NCBI RefSeq assembly: GCF_000014785.1
Contig: NC_008340.1
Coordinates: 2,160,001 to 2,192,000, forward strand
Source: Alkalilimnicola ehrlichii MLHE-1
Lineage (GTDB): Bacteria > Pseudomonadota > Gammaproteobacteria > Nitrococcales > Halorhodospiraceae
Reading direction: 5' to 3'
Length of the DNA stretch: 32,000 bases
The translations under genes and the position numbers were made by a program. This document shows positions 1 to 10,444 of this stretch, piece by piece; position 1 is the first letter of the stretch, and every line of letters begins with the position of its first letter. A model generated the notes under the pieces. It did no database searches, was not told the origin of the DNA, and saw nothing but the letters and a program-made list of their open reading frames with translations.

Positions 1-802
1 CAAGAAGGTGATGCTGGCCGCCTTCCCCACCGTCGAGGCCGGCGGCGAGGCGGTGGCCGGGATCATCGGCGACGGCATCATCCCCGGTGGCCTGGAGATG
101 ATGGACAACGCCGCCATCCGCGCCGCCGAGGACTTCGTCCACGCCGGCTACCCGGTGGATGCCGCCACCATCCTGATCTGCGAGCTGGACGGCAGTGAGG
201 CGGAGGTGGCCGCCCAGTGCGACCGGGTGCGCAAGCTGATGGAGCGCTACGGGGCCACCGAAATCCGCATCGCCGAGACCCCCGAACAGGCGCAGCGCTT
301 CTGGGCCGGGCGCAAGGCGGCCTTTCCCGCGGTGGGCCGTATCTCCCCCGACTACTACTGCATGGACGGCACCATCCCACGCAAGCACCTGGGCACGGTG
401 CTCAAGCGCATGCAGGCCCTCTCCGAGCAGTACGGCCTGCGGGTGGTGAACGTCTTTCACGCCGGTGACGGCAACCTGCACCCGCTGGTGCTCTACGACG
501 GCAACGTCCCGGGCGAGCTGGAACGCACCGAGGAGCTGGGCGGGCGCATCCTGGAGTTGTGTGTGGAGGTCGGCGGCACGGTCACCGGCGAGCACGGCGT
601 GGGCATGGAGAAGCTCGACCAGATGTGCGTGCAGTTCAACAAGGCGGAGCGCGAGCAGTTCTTCGCCCTCAAGCGCGCCTTCGATCCCAAGGGGCTGCTC
701 AACCCCGGCAAGGCCATCCCCACCCTGCACCGCTGCGCCGAGTTCGGCGCCATGCACGTGCACCACGGCGAACTGCCCTTCCCGGACATCGAGCGCTTCT
801 GA
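1..802 (+). CDS. glcD: glycolate oxidase subunit GlcD, C-terminal part (5' end lies upstream of the window)
   Basis: The frame is open from the window edge. The translation carries the FAD-linked oxidase C-terminal block (GTVTGEHGVGMEKLDQM ... FDPKGLLNPGKAIP). It is followed by glcE and glcF in canonical order. Confidence 0.9.
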   Translation, partial: KKVMLAAFPTVEAGGEAVAGIIGDGIIPGGLEMMDNAAIRAAEDFVHAGYPVDAATILICELDGSEAEVAAQCDRVRKLMERYGATEIRIAETPEQAQRFWAGRKAAFPAVGRISPDYYCMDGTIPRKHLGTVLKRMQALSEQYGLRVVNVFHAGDGNLHPLVLYDGNVPGELERTEELGGRILELCVEVGGTVTGEHGVGMEKLDQMCVQFNKAEREQFFALKRAFDPKGLLNPGKAIPTLHRCAEFGAMHVHHGELPFPDIERF

Positions 803-814
803 CAGGACGGACCC

Positions 815-1879
815 ATGACCCACGAGAACGATCACAGCCAGGCCATTCGCGAGCGGGTGGCGGCCGCGGCCGGCAGCGGAACCGCGCTGGCCATCGAGGG
901 CAGCGGCAGCAAGGGCTTCCTGGGCCGTGAGCCCCAGGGCGAGCCGCTGTCGCTGGCGGAACACACCGGCATCGTCAACTACGAACCCACCGAGCTGGTG
1001 CTCACCGCCCGCACCGGCACCCGGCTGGAAGAACTGGAACACATCCTCGCCGACGCCGGCCAGATGCTGCCCTTCGAACCGCCGCAGTTCGACGGCGGTG
1101 GCACGCTGGGTGGCGCCATAGCCAGCGGCCTGTCCGGCCCGGCCCGGCCCTTCGCCGGCTCGGCGCGTGACCTGGTCCTGGGCTGCCGGCTGGTCAACGG
1201 CCGCGGTGAGGACATGCACTTCGGTGGCGAGGTCATGAAGAACGTCGCCGGCTACGACATCTCCCGCCTGCAGACCGGGGCCATGGGCACCCTGGGCGTC
1301 CTGCTGGAGGTCTCGCTCAAGGTCCTGCCGCGGCCCGAGAAGGTGCTCGGGCTGACCCTGGAGTTGCCCCGCAACGAGGGCTTCCGGAACGTCATGGATT
1401 GGCAGGCCCGCGGTGCGCCGGTCACCGGCAGCGCCCACGACGGCCACCGGCTACACCTGCGCCTGTCCGGGTCCGCCCTGGGGGTGAACGCCTCACGCAA
1501 GATGATCGGCGGCGAGGAGGAGGACCTGGCCTTCTGGCAGGATCTGCGCGACCACCGGCTGCCCTGGTTTGCCCGCCAGACCCTGCTCTGGCGGGTGGCC
1601 CTGCCACCGGGGCGCACCCTGCCCGAGGGCTTCCTGGGCAACGCCCTGCTGGACTGGAACGGCCAGCAGGTATGGATTGGCGGTGAACAGGACTTCGGGG
1701 CCCTGCAGCAGGCGGCGCGGACGGCAGGCGGCCATGCCCGCCTGTTCCGCGGCGGCGATCGCCGGGGCGAGGTGCTGCCCGACGGCGGCCCCGTCTTCCG
1801 GCGTCTGCACCGCAACATCAAGCAGGCCTTCGACCCCGAGGGCATCCTCAACCCGGGCCGACTCTACGCTGACCTCTGA
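815..1879 (+). CDS. glcE: glycolate oxidase FAD-binding subunit GlcE
   Basis: 354-aa ORF starting 13 nt after the glcD stop. It has an FAD-binding PCMH-type N-terminus and ends ...IKQAFDPEGILNPGRLY, as GlcE does. It sits between glcD and glcF. Confidence 0.85.
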   Translation: MTHENDHSQAIRERVAAAAGSGTALAIEGSGSKGFLGREPQGEPLSLAEHTGIVNYEPTELVLTARTGTRLEELEHILADAGQMLPFEPPQFDGGGTLGGAIASGLSGPARPFAGSARDLVLGCRLVNGRGEDMHFGGEVMKNVAGYDISRLQTGAMGTLGVLLEVSLKVLPRPEKVLGLTLELPRNEGFRNVMDWQARGAPVTGSAHDGHRLHLRLSGSALGVNASRKMIGGEEEDLAFWQDLRDHRLPWFARQTLLWRVALPPGRTLPEGFLGNALLDWNGQQVWIGGEQDFGALQQAARTAGGHARLFRGGDRRGEVLPDGGPVFRRLHRNIKQAFDPEGILNPGRLYADL

Positions 1880-1886
1880 GGCCGCC

Positions 1887-3101
1887 ATGCAGACCCATAT
1901 CGCCGATTCCATCAAAGACACCGACGCCGGCCGTGAGGCCGAGCGCATCCTGCGCACCTGTACCCACTGTGGCTTCTGCCTGGCCACCTGCCCCACCTAT
2001 CAGGAGCTGGGCAACGAGCTGGACAGCCCCCGGGGCCGGATCTACCTGATCAAACAGGTGCTGGAGGGCCACGAGCCCAGCGCCGAGACCCAGCTCCACC
2101 TGGACCGCTGCCTGACCTGCCGGGCCTGCGAGAGCACCTGCCCGTCCGGTGTCCAGTACAGCAAACTCGCCGACATCGGCCGCGAGCTGGTGGAGGAGCA
2201 GGTGCCGCGCAGCAACCAGCGGCTGCTGCGTGCATTCATTCGCACCGTGGTCCCCAACCGGACCCTGTTCTCCACCCTGATGGGGCTGGGGCAGGCGGTG
2301 CGCCCGCTGGTTCCCGGCGTGTTGCGTAACAAACTGCCGGCCAAGGCGTCGGCCCCCGCCTGGCCGCCGGCCCCTGCCCAGCCCCAGCGCCGGGTGTTGC
2401 TGCTGGAGGGCTGCGCCCAACCGGCCATGACCCCCGCCACCAACCCGGAGACCGTCCGGCTGCTGGGCGAGGCGGGCATCGAAGTGGTGCGCACGCCCAA
2501 GGCCGGCTGCTGCGGCGCGCTGCACCAGCACCTGGGGGATCCGCAGGCCGCCCACGGCTACATCAAGCACAACATCGACACCTGGTGGCCGGAGATCGAA
2601 AACGGCGCCGACGCCATCGTGGTCAACGCCAGCGGCTGCGGCGCCCAGGTGAAAGAGTACGGCTACTTCCTGCGCAACGATCCGGACTATGCGGATAAGG
2701 CCGCCGAGGTGGCCCGTCTGGCCTGCGACCCGGTGGAGCTGCTGGAAGGGTTGGGCGACCGCCTGGCGCCGAGGCCCGACGCACCCCGGCGGATCGCCTT
2801 CCAGTGCCCCTGCACCCTGCAACACGGCCAGAAGATGCCGGGGCGGGTGGAGGCCCTGCTGCGCAAGGCCGGTTTCGAGCTGACTCCGGTCGGCGAGCCG
2901 CACCTGTGCTGCGGCTCCGCCGGCAGCTACTCGATCCTGCAGCCGGCGCTGGCCAAGCGGCTGCGCCGGCGCAAACTGAACAACATCGAGCCGGGGCGGC
3001 CGGAGATGATCGTCACCGCCAATGTGGGTTGCCAGACCCACCTGGGTGAGGAGGCCACGGTCCCGGTCCGCCACTGGGTAGAGCTGCTGACGGTGCGCTG
3101 A
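1887..3101 (+). CDS. glcF: glycolate oxidase iron-sulfur subunit GlcF
   Basis: ATG at 1887, just after the glcE stop (MQTHIADSIKD...). It has two ferredoxin-type motifs (CTHCGFCLATCP, CLTCRACESTCP) and C-terminal CCG-type cysteine motifs (GCCGALH, LCCGSAGSY). The longer 1569 start in the ORF track overlaps glcE and is not credible. Confidence 0.9.
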   Translation: MQTHIADSIKDTDAGREAERILRTCTHCGFCLATCPTYQELGNELDSPRGRIYLIKQVLEGHEPSAETQLHLDRCLTCRACESTCPSGVQYSKLADIGRELVEEQVPRSNQRLLRAFIRTVVPNRTLFSTLMGLGQAVRPLVPGVLRNKLPAKASAPAWPPAPAQPQRRVLLLEGCAQPAMTPATNPETVRLLGEAGIEVVRTPKAGCCGALHQHLGDPQAAHGYIKHNIDTWWPEIENGADAIVVNASGCGAQVKEYGYFLRNDPDYADKAAEVARLACDPVELLEGLGDRLAPRPDAPRRIAFQCPCTLQHGQKMPGRVEALLRKAGFELTPVGEPHLCCGSAGSYSILQPALAKRLRRRKLNNIEPGRPEMIVTANVGCQTHLGEEATVPVRHWVELLTVR

Positions 3102-3202
3102 GCCGGACGCCGGCCGGTGGCAGATGCCCGACCCGGCCGGTAGACTACCGGACTGGCCCCCCCGGGCCCAACACAGTCACGAGCCAGCAAGAGGGACCCC
3201 GA

Positions 3203-4024
3203 ATGGCCGAAGCACTACCCCTGGTCCTGGAACCCGCCCGCCTCCAGGAGGCGTTGGCACAACGGGACGGCCTGCTGGTGGTCGATCTCAGCGACGGCAA
3301 CGACTACCGGGAGGCCCACATCCCCGGGGCCGTGCATCTGGACTTCCCCCACCTGCTGCGCCAGGTCCCGCCGGCAATGGGCCTGCTGCCCGACCTGCGG
3401 ACCCTGTCCGCGGTGCTCTCCGGGATCGGGCTCACCCCCGAGACCCACGTGGTGGCCTGCGACCGCAACGGCGGCGGCCGCGCCGGACGACTGATCTGGA
3501 CCCTGGACCTGCTTGGCCACCCGCACCGCGCCTGGCTCAATGGCGGCGTCACCGCCTGGGCGGGCGAGGGTCGGCCGCTGGAGGGGGGTGTGGTCACGCC
3601 CCGGCACAGCGACTACCGGGCGGAACTCCGCCACCCGGAGTACCGCGCCGACTGCGCCTGGGTGCTGGCGCACCTGGACTCGCCCTCAGTGGCGGTGCTG
3701 GACTCGCGCTCGGCGCCGGAATACCGCGGCGAGGACGTGCGCGCCATGCGGGGCGGCCACATCCCGGGAGCGGCGAACCTGGACTGGCTGGAGACCATGG
3801 ACCGGGGCAACCACCTCAAGCTGCTGCCGGACGAGCGCCTGCGGGCAATGCTCGCCGAGCGCGGCATTCAGCCGGAGCAGGAGGTGGTGACCCACTGCCA
3901 GACCCACCACCGCTCCTCCCACGCCTACGTGATGCTGCGCCACCTCGGCTTCGACAGGGTGCGGGGCTACGATGGCTCCTGGTCGGAATGGGGCAATCGC
4001 ACGGACACCCCGGTAGAGAAGTGA
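3203..4024 (+). CDS. tandem-domain rhodanese / thiosulfate sulfurtransferase, RhdA-type active-site loop
   Basis: 273 aa with a two-rhodanese-domain layout. The catalytic loop HCQTHHRSS matches the HCQTHHR loop I recall for Azotobacter vinelandii RhdA. GAGGGA lies about 8 nt upstream of the ATG. Confidence 0.8.
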   Translation: MAEALPLVLEPARLQEALAQRDGLLVVDLSDGNDYREAHIPGAVHLDFPHLLRQVPPAMGLLPDLRTLSAVLSGIGLTPETHVVACDRNGGGRAGRLIWTLDLLGHPHRAWLNGGVTAWAGEGRPLEGGVVTPRHSDYRAELRHPEYRADCAWVLAHLDSPSVAVLDSRSAPEYRGEDVRAMRGGHIPGAANLDWLETMDRGNHLKLLPDERLRAMLAERGIQPEQEVVTHCQTHHRSSHAYVMLRHLGFDRVRGYDGSWSEWGNRTDTPVEK

Positions 4025-4027
4025 TCA

Positions 4028-4054
4028 GGGCCCCGGCGGCCGGCGCCGGGGCCC
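4028..4054. terminator. GC-rich hairpin between convergent rhodanese and dapB genes (no U-tract)
   Basis: GGGCCCCGGCG-GCCGG-CGCCGGGGCCC gives a perfect 11-bp stem and lies exactly between the two stop codons. There is no T-run, so intrinsic termination is only inferred. Confidence 0.4.
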
Positions 4055-4061
4055 GTGCCGG

Positions 4062-6019
<1,958 letters not shown>

Positions 6020-6061
6020 GATGCAGGTTCCAGGCTTTCAGGATGGACCTCAACGGCGAAG

Positions 6062-6091
6062 GCGCAGGCCGGTGAGGATACCGGCCTGCGC
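6062..6091 (-). other. perfect 11-bp hairpin in the dnaK-dnaJ spacer (possible attenuator or processing site)
   Basis: GCGCAGGCCGG-TGAGGATA-CCGGCCTGCGC lies between the dnaK stop (6125) and the dnaJ start (6019). No clear U-tract follows on the minus strand. Confidence 0.35.
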
Positions 6092-6124
6092 CCCGTCCGT
6101 CAGCTCTCGACGCCAAGCGCCGGC

Positions 6125-8080
6125 TTACTTGCGGTCCTTGTCCTCGTCCTGATCCTTGACCTCCTCGAACTCCGCGTCGACCACGTCGTCCTCGGACTTG
6201 CCGCTGCCACCGGCCTGCTGCTGCTCGCCGCCGGCCGCCTGCTCCGCGGCCTCCTCGCCACCCTGGGCGGCGTACATCTTCTCGGCCAGCTTGCCGGAGC
6301 GCTCGGCCAGCTGCTGGGTCTTAGCCTCGATGGCCTCCTTGTCATCGCCCTTCATGGCCTCTTCCAGCTCCTTGATCGCCTCCTCGATGGACTGCTTCTC
6401 GCCGGAGTCGATCTTGTCGCCGAACTCGCTCAGCGACTTGTTGGTGGCATGGATCATGTTATCGGCCTGGTTGCGGGCCTCCACCAACTCGCGCGCCTTG
6501 CGGTCCTCCTCGGCGTGGGCCTCGGCGTCCTTGACCATGTTCTCGATCTCCTCCTCGGACAGACCGGAGGAGGCCTTGATGACGATCTTGTTCTCCTTGC
6601 CGGTGGCCTTGTCCTTGGCGGAGACGTGCAGGATGCCGTTGGCGTCGATGTCGAAGGTGACCTCGATCTGCGGCACGCCGCGCGGTGCCGGCGGGATGTC
6701 GGTCAGGTCGAAGCGGCCCAGGCTCTTGTTGTCCTTGGCCATCTCGCGCTCACCCTGGAGCACGTGCACCGTCACCGCCCCCTGGTTGTCCTCGGCCGTG
6801 GAGAAGGTCTGCGAGGCCTTGGTCGGGATGGTGGTGTTCTTCTCGATCAGCTTGGTCATCACCCCGCCCAGGGTCTCGATGCCCAGGGAGAGCGGGGTGA
6901 CATCCAGCAGCAGCACGTCCTTGACGTCACCGCCCAGCACACCGCCCTGGATGGCGGCACCCACGGCCACGGCCTCGTCCGGGTTGACGTCCTTGCGCGG
7001 CTCCTTGCCGAAGAACTGGGTGACGGCCTCCTGGACCTTGGGCATGCGGGTCTGGCCGCCCACCAGGATCACCTCGTCCACATCGCTGGCGGACAGGCCG
7101 GCATCCTTCAGGGCCACCTTGCAGGGCTCGATGGTGCGCTTGATCAGGCCCTCGACCAGCGACTCCAGCTTGGCCCGGGTGAGCTTGATGGCCAGGTGCT
7201 TCGGGCCGGCCTGATCGGCCGTGATGTAGGGCAGATTCACTTCGGTCTGCTGGGCCGACGAGAGCTCAATCTTGGCCTTCTCAGCGGCCTCCTTGAGGCG
7301 CTGCATGGCCAGGCGGTCGCCGCCCAGGTCGATGCCCTGGTCCTTCTTGAACTCGGCGATCAGGTAGTCGATGACCGCCCGGTCGAAGTCCTCGCCGCCC
7401 AGGAAGGTGTCACCGTTGGTGGCCAGCACCTCGAACTGGTGCTCGCCGTCCACCTCGGCGATCTCGATGATGGAGATGTCGAAGGTGCCGCCGCCCAGGT
7501 CGTAGACGGCCACCTTGCGATCGCCGCCCTTCTTGTCCAGACCGTAGGCCAGGGCCGCCGCGGTGGGCTCGTTGATGATGCGCTTGACCTCCAGCCCGGC
7601 GATCTTACCGGCGTCCTTGGTGGCCTGGCGCTGAGAGTCGTTGAAGTAGGCCGGGACAGTGATGACCGCCTCGGTGACGGTCTCGCCCAGGTAGTCCTCG
7701 GCGGTCTTTTTCATCTTCTGCAGGGTGCGGGCGGAGATCTCCGGCGGCGCCATCTTCTTGCCGCGCACCTCCACCCAGGCGTCCCCGTTATCGGCCTTGA
7801 CGATCTTGTAGGGCATCTCGCGCACGTCGCGCTGCACCACGTCCTCTTCGAAGCGGCGGCCGATCAGGCGCTTCACCGCAAACACGGTGTTTTCCGGGTT
7901 GGTCACCGCCTGGCGCTTGGCCGGCGCGCCGGTGAGCACCTCGCCGTCTTCGGCGAAGGCCACCACCGAGGGGGTGGTGCGATCGCCCTCGCTGTTCTCG
8001 ATGACCCGGGTGCTGCCACCGTCCATGACGGCCACGCAGGAGTTGGTGGTGCCCAGGTCGATGCCGATGATCTTACTCAT
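6125..8080 (-). CDS. dnaK: molecular chaperone DnaK (Hsp70)
   Basis: The start is taken at [18 protein letters not shown] (ATG at 8080, GGAG upstream) rather than the 20-codon longer ORF. Hsp70 signature blocks occur throughout, and the C-terminal tail is acidic. Confidence 0.98.
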   Translation of the reverse strand: MSKIIGIDLGTTNSCVAVMDGGSTRVIENSEGDRTTPSVVAFAEDGEVLTGAPAKRQAVTNPENTVFAVKRLIGRRFEEDVVQRDVREMPYKIVKADNGDAWVEVRGKKMAPPEISARTLQKMKKTAEDYLGETVTEAVITVPAYFNDSQRQATKDAGKIAGLEVKRIINEPTAAALAYGLDKKGGDRKVAVYDLGGGTFDISIIEIAEVDGEHQFEVLATNGDTFLGGEDFDRAVIDYLIAEFKKDQGIDLGGDRLAMQRLKEAAEKAKIELSSAQQTEVNLPYITADQAGPKHLAIKLTRAKLESLVEGLIKRTIEPCKVALKDAGLSASDVDEVILVGGQTRMPKVQEAVTQFFGKEPRKDVNPDEAVAVGAAIQGGVLGGDVKDVLLLDVTPLSLGIETLGGVMTKLIEKNTTIPTKASQTFSTAEDNQGAVTVHVLQGEREMAKDNKSLGRFDLTDIPPAPRGVPQIEVTFDIDANGILHVSAKDKATGKENKIVIKASSGLSEEEIENMVKDAEAHAEEDRKARELVEARNQADNMIHATNKSLSEFGDKIDSGEKQSIEEAIKELEEAMKGDDKEAIEAKTQQLAERSGKLAEKMYAAQGGEEAAEQAAGGEQQQAGGSGKSEDDVVDAEFEEVKDQDEDKDRK

Positions 8081-8156
8081 AAAATGCTCCTGAATGCTGT
8101 TGTCCGTGGACCCTGCCCCGGCGCGGCGCCGGGCTGCCATTCGCTGTCTGCCCCTT

Positions 8157-8187
8157 TACATGGGGCCGCGCCCGGGCATTTCAAGGG
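8157..8187 (-). promoter_or_regulatory. sigma-32 (RpoH) heat-shock promoter of dnaK
   Basis: The minus strand reads CCCTTGAA-N14-CCCCATGTA about 70 nt upstream of the dnaK ATG. The consensus is CCCTTGAA-N13-17-CCCCATnTA, and the spacing equals what I recall for E. coli dnaK P1. Confidence 0.75.
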
Positions 8188-8203
8188 CGCGCTTGCCATT
8201 CGT

Positions 8204-8860
8204 TCAGGCCTGTTCGTCGATGGAGCCGGACGGGGGCGGCTCCGGGGCCTTCTGCGAAACCACCACCATCGCCGGGCGCAGCACCCGGTCGTGCAGGGCA
8301 TAGCCCTTCTGCATGACGTTGAGCACGGTGTTGGGCTCATGCTCGTGGGAGGGTTGGGCGGCCACCGCCTCGTGGTGCTCGGGGTTGAAGCGCTCGCCCT
8401 GGGGGTCGATCTCCTGGACATTGAACCGCTCCAGCACTTGGCTGAGCATCTTCAGGGTCAGCTCCGAGCCCTCCAGCAGCTTCTGCGGGTCGGCGCCCTC
8501 CTCCTTCGCGGCCTTGACGCCCATCTCCAGGCTGTCCTTCACCCCCAGCAGGTCCCCGGCGATCTTCTCCACCGCATACTTGCGGGCCTTCTCCACATCG
8601 GCCTGGGCCCGGCGTTGGATGTTCTGCATCTCCGCCCGCGCCCGCAGGCACTCGTTCCAGTTCTCCTCGGCCCGGGCCCGCGCCTCCTCCAGCGCCTGCT
8701 GGAGCTCGGTCAGTTCGTCACCGGAGTCACCGGAAGCGGACTCGGCGCCATCCTCGGCTGCCTGCGCCTCCGGCGCCTGTCCGGCCTCGGCGGACTCCGC
8801 CTCCGAATGCGCCTTGTCCTCGGACTGCTGGCGTTCCGCCTCTCGCTGCTTATCGCTCAT
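8204..8860 (-). CDS. grpE: nucleotide exchange factor GrpE
   Basis: The start is taken at MSDKQREAE (ATG 8860, GGAGAT 6 nt upstream). It has an acidic N-terminus, a coiled coil and the conserved C-terminal block (...RALRPAMVVVS-like). Confidence 0.93.
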   Translation of the reverse strand: MSDKQREAERQQSEDKAHSEAESAEAGQAPEAQAAEDGAESASGDSGDELTELQQALEEARARAEENWNECLRARAEMQNIQRRAQADVEKARKYAVEKIAGDLLGVKDSLEMGVKAAKEEGADPQKLLEGSELTLKMLSQVLERFNVQEIDPQGERFNPEHHEAVAAQPSHEHEPNTVLNVMQKGYALHDRVLRPAMVVVSQKAPEPPPSGSIDEQA

Positions 8861-8977
8861 GCTTGATCTCCGCGGATTTCTGGTGATGTGTTCGGCCAAT
8901 AGGGCCCGACCCGGGGCGACGCCGCCCGGGCGGCCCGGGCGCCCCCGCCACAGCCCGGGGGCGCGGTCTGGTGAAGC

Positions 8978-9008
8978 ATATGGGGACTCAGCGGGTCTGA
9001 TTCAAGGC
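8978..9008 (-). promoter_or_regulatory. sigma-32-type promoter of grpE, overlapping the hrcA stop codon
   Basis: The minus strand reads GCCTTGAA-N15-CCCCATATG. The hrcA TGA lies inside the spacer. The element is about 110 nt upstream of the grpE ATG. Confidence 0.6.
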
Positions 9009-10040
9009 CGCGCCGAGCAATTGGGCGGTCATGTCCACAATGGGGATGACCCGTTGGTAGGCCATGCGGGTGGGGCCGATGACGCCCAACACGCCCACCG
9101 GCTGCCCCTCCATGGCATACCGGGCGGTGACCAGGCTGCAGCCGTCGAAGACCCGATACCCGGCCTCCCGGCCGATGAAGATCTGCACCCCCTCGGCCGA
9201 CAGGCAGCGGTCCAGCAGGTGCAGCATGTCGCGCTTCTCGTTGAAGGCGCGGAAGAGCTCCCGCAGCTTGTCCAGGTCGGAGAGTTCAGAGAGCGCCATC
9301 AGGTTGGTCTCCCCGGCCACCACGCAGTCCTCACCGGTCTCCTCGTCGTTGAAGACCTTCTCGCCCATCTCGAAGGCGGTCTGCATCAACTGGTCCATGC
9401 GCTCGCGATCCTCGCGCATGGCCTCCACCAGCGACTGACGGACCCGCTGGACGTCCCAGCCGGAAAACTGGGCGTTGAGGTAGTTGCTGAGGGTGCGCAG
9501 CTCCGACTCCTGGTAGGGCCGGTCGGTCTCGATCACCCGGTTCTCGACATCACTCTCGTTGAGCACCACGATGGCCAGCACCCGGTTGCCCGACAACGGC
9601 AGAAACTCCACGTGCCGCAGCGCGCGCAGGTCCTGGCGCGGCAGGGTCACCACACCGGCATAGCGGGTCAGCCCGCTGAGCAGATGGGAGGCCGAGCCCA
9701 GCAGTTCATCGGTGCGGCCGCCCGCCTCCAACCGCAGCTCCAGCGCGTCGAACTGATCGGTGTCCCACGACCGGGCGCTGAGCAGGGTGTCCACGAAGAA
9801 CCGGTAGCCCTTGTCGGTGGGCTGACGGCCCGCCGAGGTGTGCGGCGAGCAGACATAGCCCAGCTCCTCGAGCTCGGCCATCACGTTGCGCACGGTGGCG
9901 GAGCTGACCGACAACCCGGAGGCCTTGACCAGGCTGCGCGAGCCCACCGGCCGGCCGTCACTGATATAGCACTGCACCAGGGTACGCAGCAGGTGCTGCG
10001 CCCGGGGGCTCAGCTCGGTTGTCTCTCGTGACTGGCTCAT
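8988..10040 (-). CDS. hrcA: heat-inducible transcription repressor HrcA
   Basis: The start is taken at MSQSRETTELSPRAQHLLRTLV (ATG 10040). It has a winged-helix N-terminus (GLSVSSATVRNVMAELEELGY) and the typical HrcA C-terminal domain. It lies upstream of grpE-dnaK-dnaJ. Confidence 0.93.
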   Translation of the reverse strand: MSQSRETTELSPRAQHLLRTLVQCYISDGRPVGSRSLVKASGLSVSSATVRNVMAELEELGYVCSPHTSAGRQPTDKGYRFFVDTLLSARSWDTDQFDALELRLEAGGRTDELLGSASHLLSGLTRYAGVVTLPRQDLRALRHVEFLPLSGNRVLAIVVLNESDVENRVIETDRPYQESELRTLSNYLNAQFSGWDVQRVRQSLVEAMREDRERMDQLMQTAFEMGEKVFNDEETGEDCVVAGETNLMALSELSDLDKLRELFRAFNEKRDMLHLLDRCLSAEGVQIFIGREAGYRVFDGCSLVTARYAMEGQPVGVLGVIGPTRMAYQRVIPIVDMTAQLLGAALNQTR

Positions 10041-10075
10041 AGGCTCATTGTACCCGCGCCACCCCACGCTTACAG

Positions 10076-10362
10076 CCTCTTGAAGAACTGGGTGCGGGGG
10101 AGGGGGGCAGGCCACCCCCCCCACCGTCACTGCGAGGAGGGCTACTTCCCCACCGTCACTGCGAGGAGGCGAAGCCGACGTGGCAGTCTACCGCTCTGGA
10201 TCGCCACGGGCCTTCGGCCCTCGCGATGACGGGGAGGAGGTGGGCGGCCCTCGCGATGACGGGGAGGAGGTGAGCGGCCCTCGCGATGACGGGGAGGAGG
10301 TGAGCGGCCCTCGCGATGACGGGGGTACGCCGTTCTTCCTTGATTCGGGCCCGCGCAGCCGG
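10076..10362 (-). repeat. MITE-like composite palindromic repeat, copy A (leader + three 30-bp modules + about 84-nt imperfect hairpin core + shared 16-mer)
   Basis: The reverse complement matches 21552-21774 module by module. Shared parts are the leader GGCCCGAATsAAsGAAkAACGGCGTACCCCC, repeated GTCATCGCGAGGGCCG units, a core with 1 mismatch in about 84 nt, and the 16-mer CCAGTTCTTCAAGAGG. No coding capacity is evident. Confidence 0.85.
10216..10330. repeat. tandem repeat, 30-bp period, about 3.8 copies (module array of copy A)
   Basis: GGCCCTCGCGATGACGGGGAGGAGGTGrGC is repeated head to tail at 10216, 10246, 10276 and 10306 (the last copy is partial). Confidence 0.95.
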
Positions 10363-10444
10363 GGGGGTGAGGCTCGCGACGCCGGATGGGCTCACCGTCG
10401 CAGGATTGGCGGCATCCGGCCGGCGTGATAACTTTGCGCGCACA

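Noticed and set aside
6449-8866. 805-aa ORF on the plus strand
   Set aside because: It lies entirely antisense to dnaK and grpE. The translation is a low-complexity Leu/Gly/Asp/His/Arg-rich string, typical of stop-poor antisense frames in high-GC DNA. The same applies to 4170-5642, 8313-10031, 10142-11173, 11151-12737, 1848-3074, 18798-20171 and 24609-26069.
10041-10140. CIRCE operator or sigma-32 promoter for hrcA
   Set aside because: No TTAGCACTC-N9-GAGTGCTAA-like inverted repeat is present. The only CTTGAA (10079-10084) is on the plus strand, lacks a CCCCAT partner, and is part of the 16-mer shared with the repeat family.
10216-10330. 30-bp periodic repeats as a possible mini-CRISPR array
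   Set aside because: The units are contiguous, with no unique spacers. The period is 30 bp in total and there are no cas genes. The same units form part of a palindromic MITE-like element found again at 21.6 kb.
10180-10428. 82-aa ORF with PRDDGEEV(S/G)G repeats; also ORFs 21463-21702, 21624-21842 and 21675-21956
   Set aside because: They are translations of the repeat element itself. The same DNA reads open on both strands, and there are no start signals.
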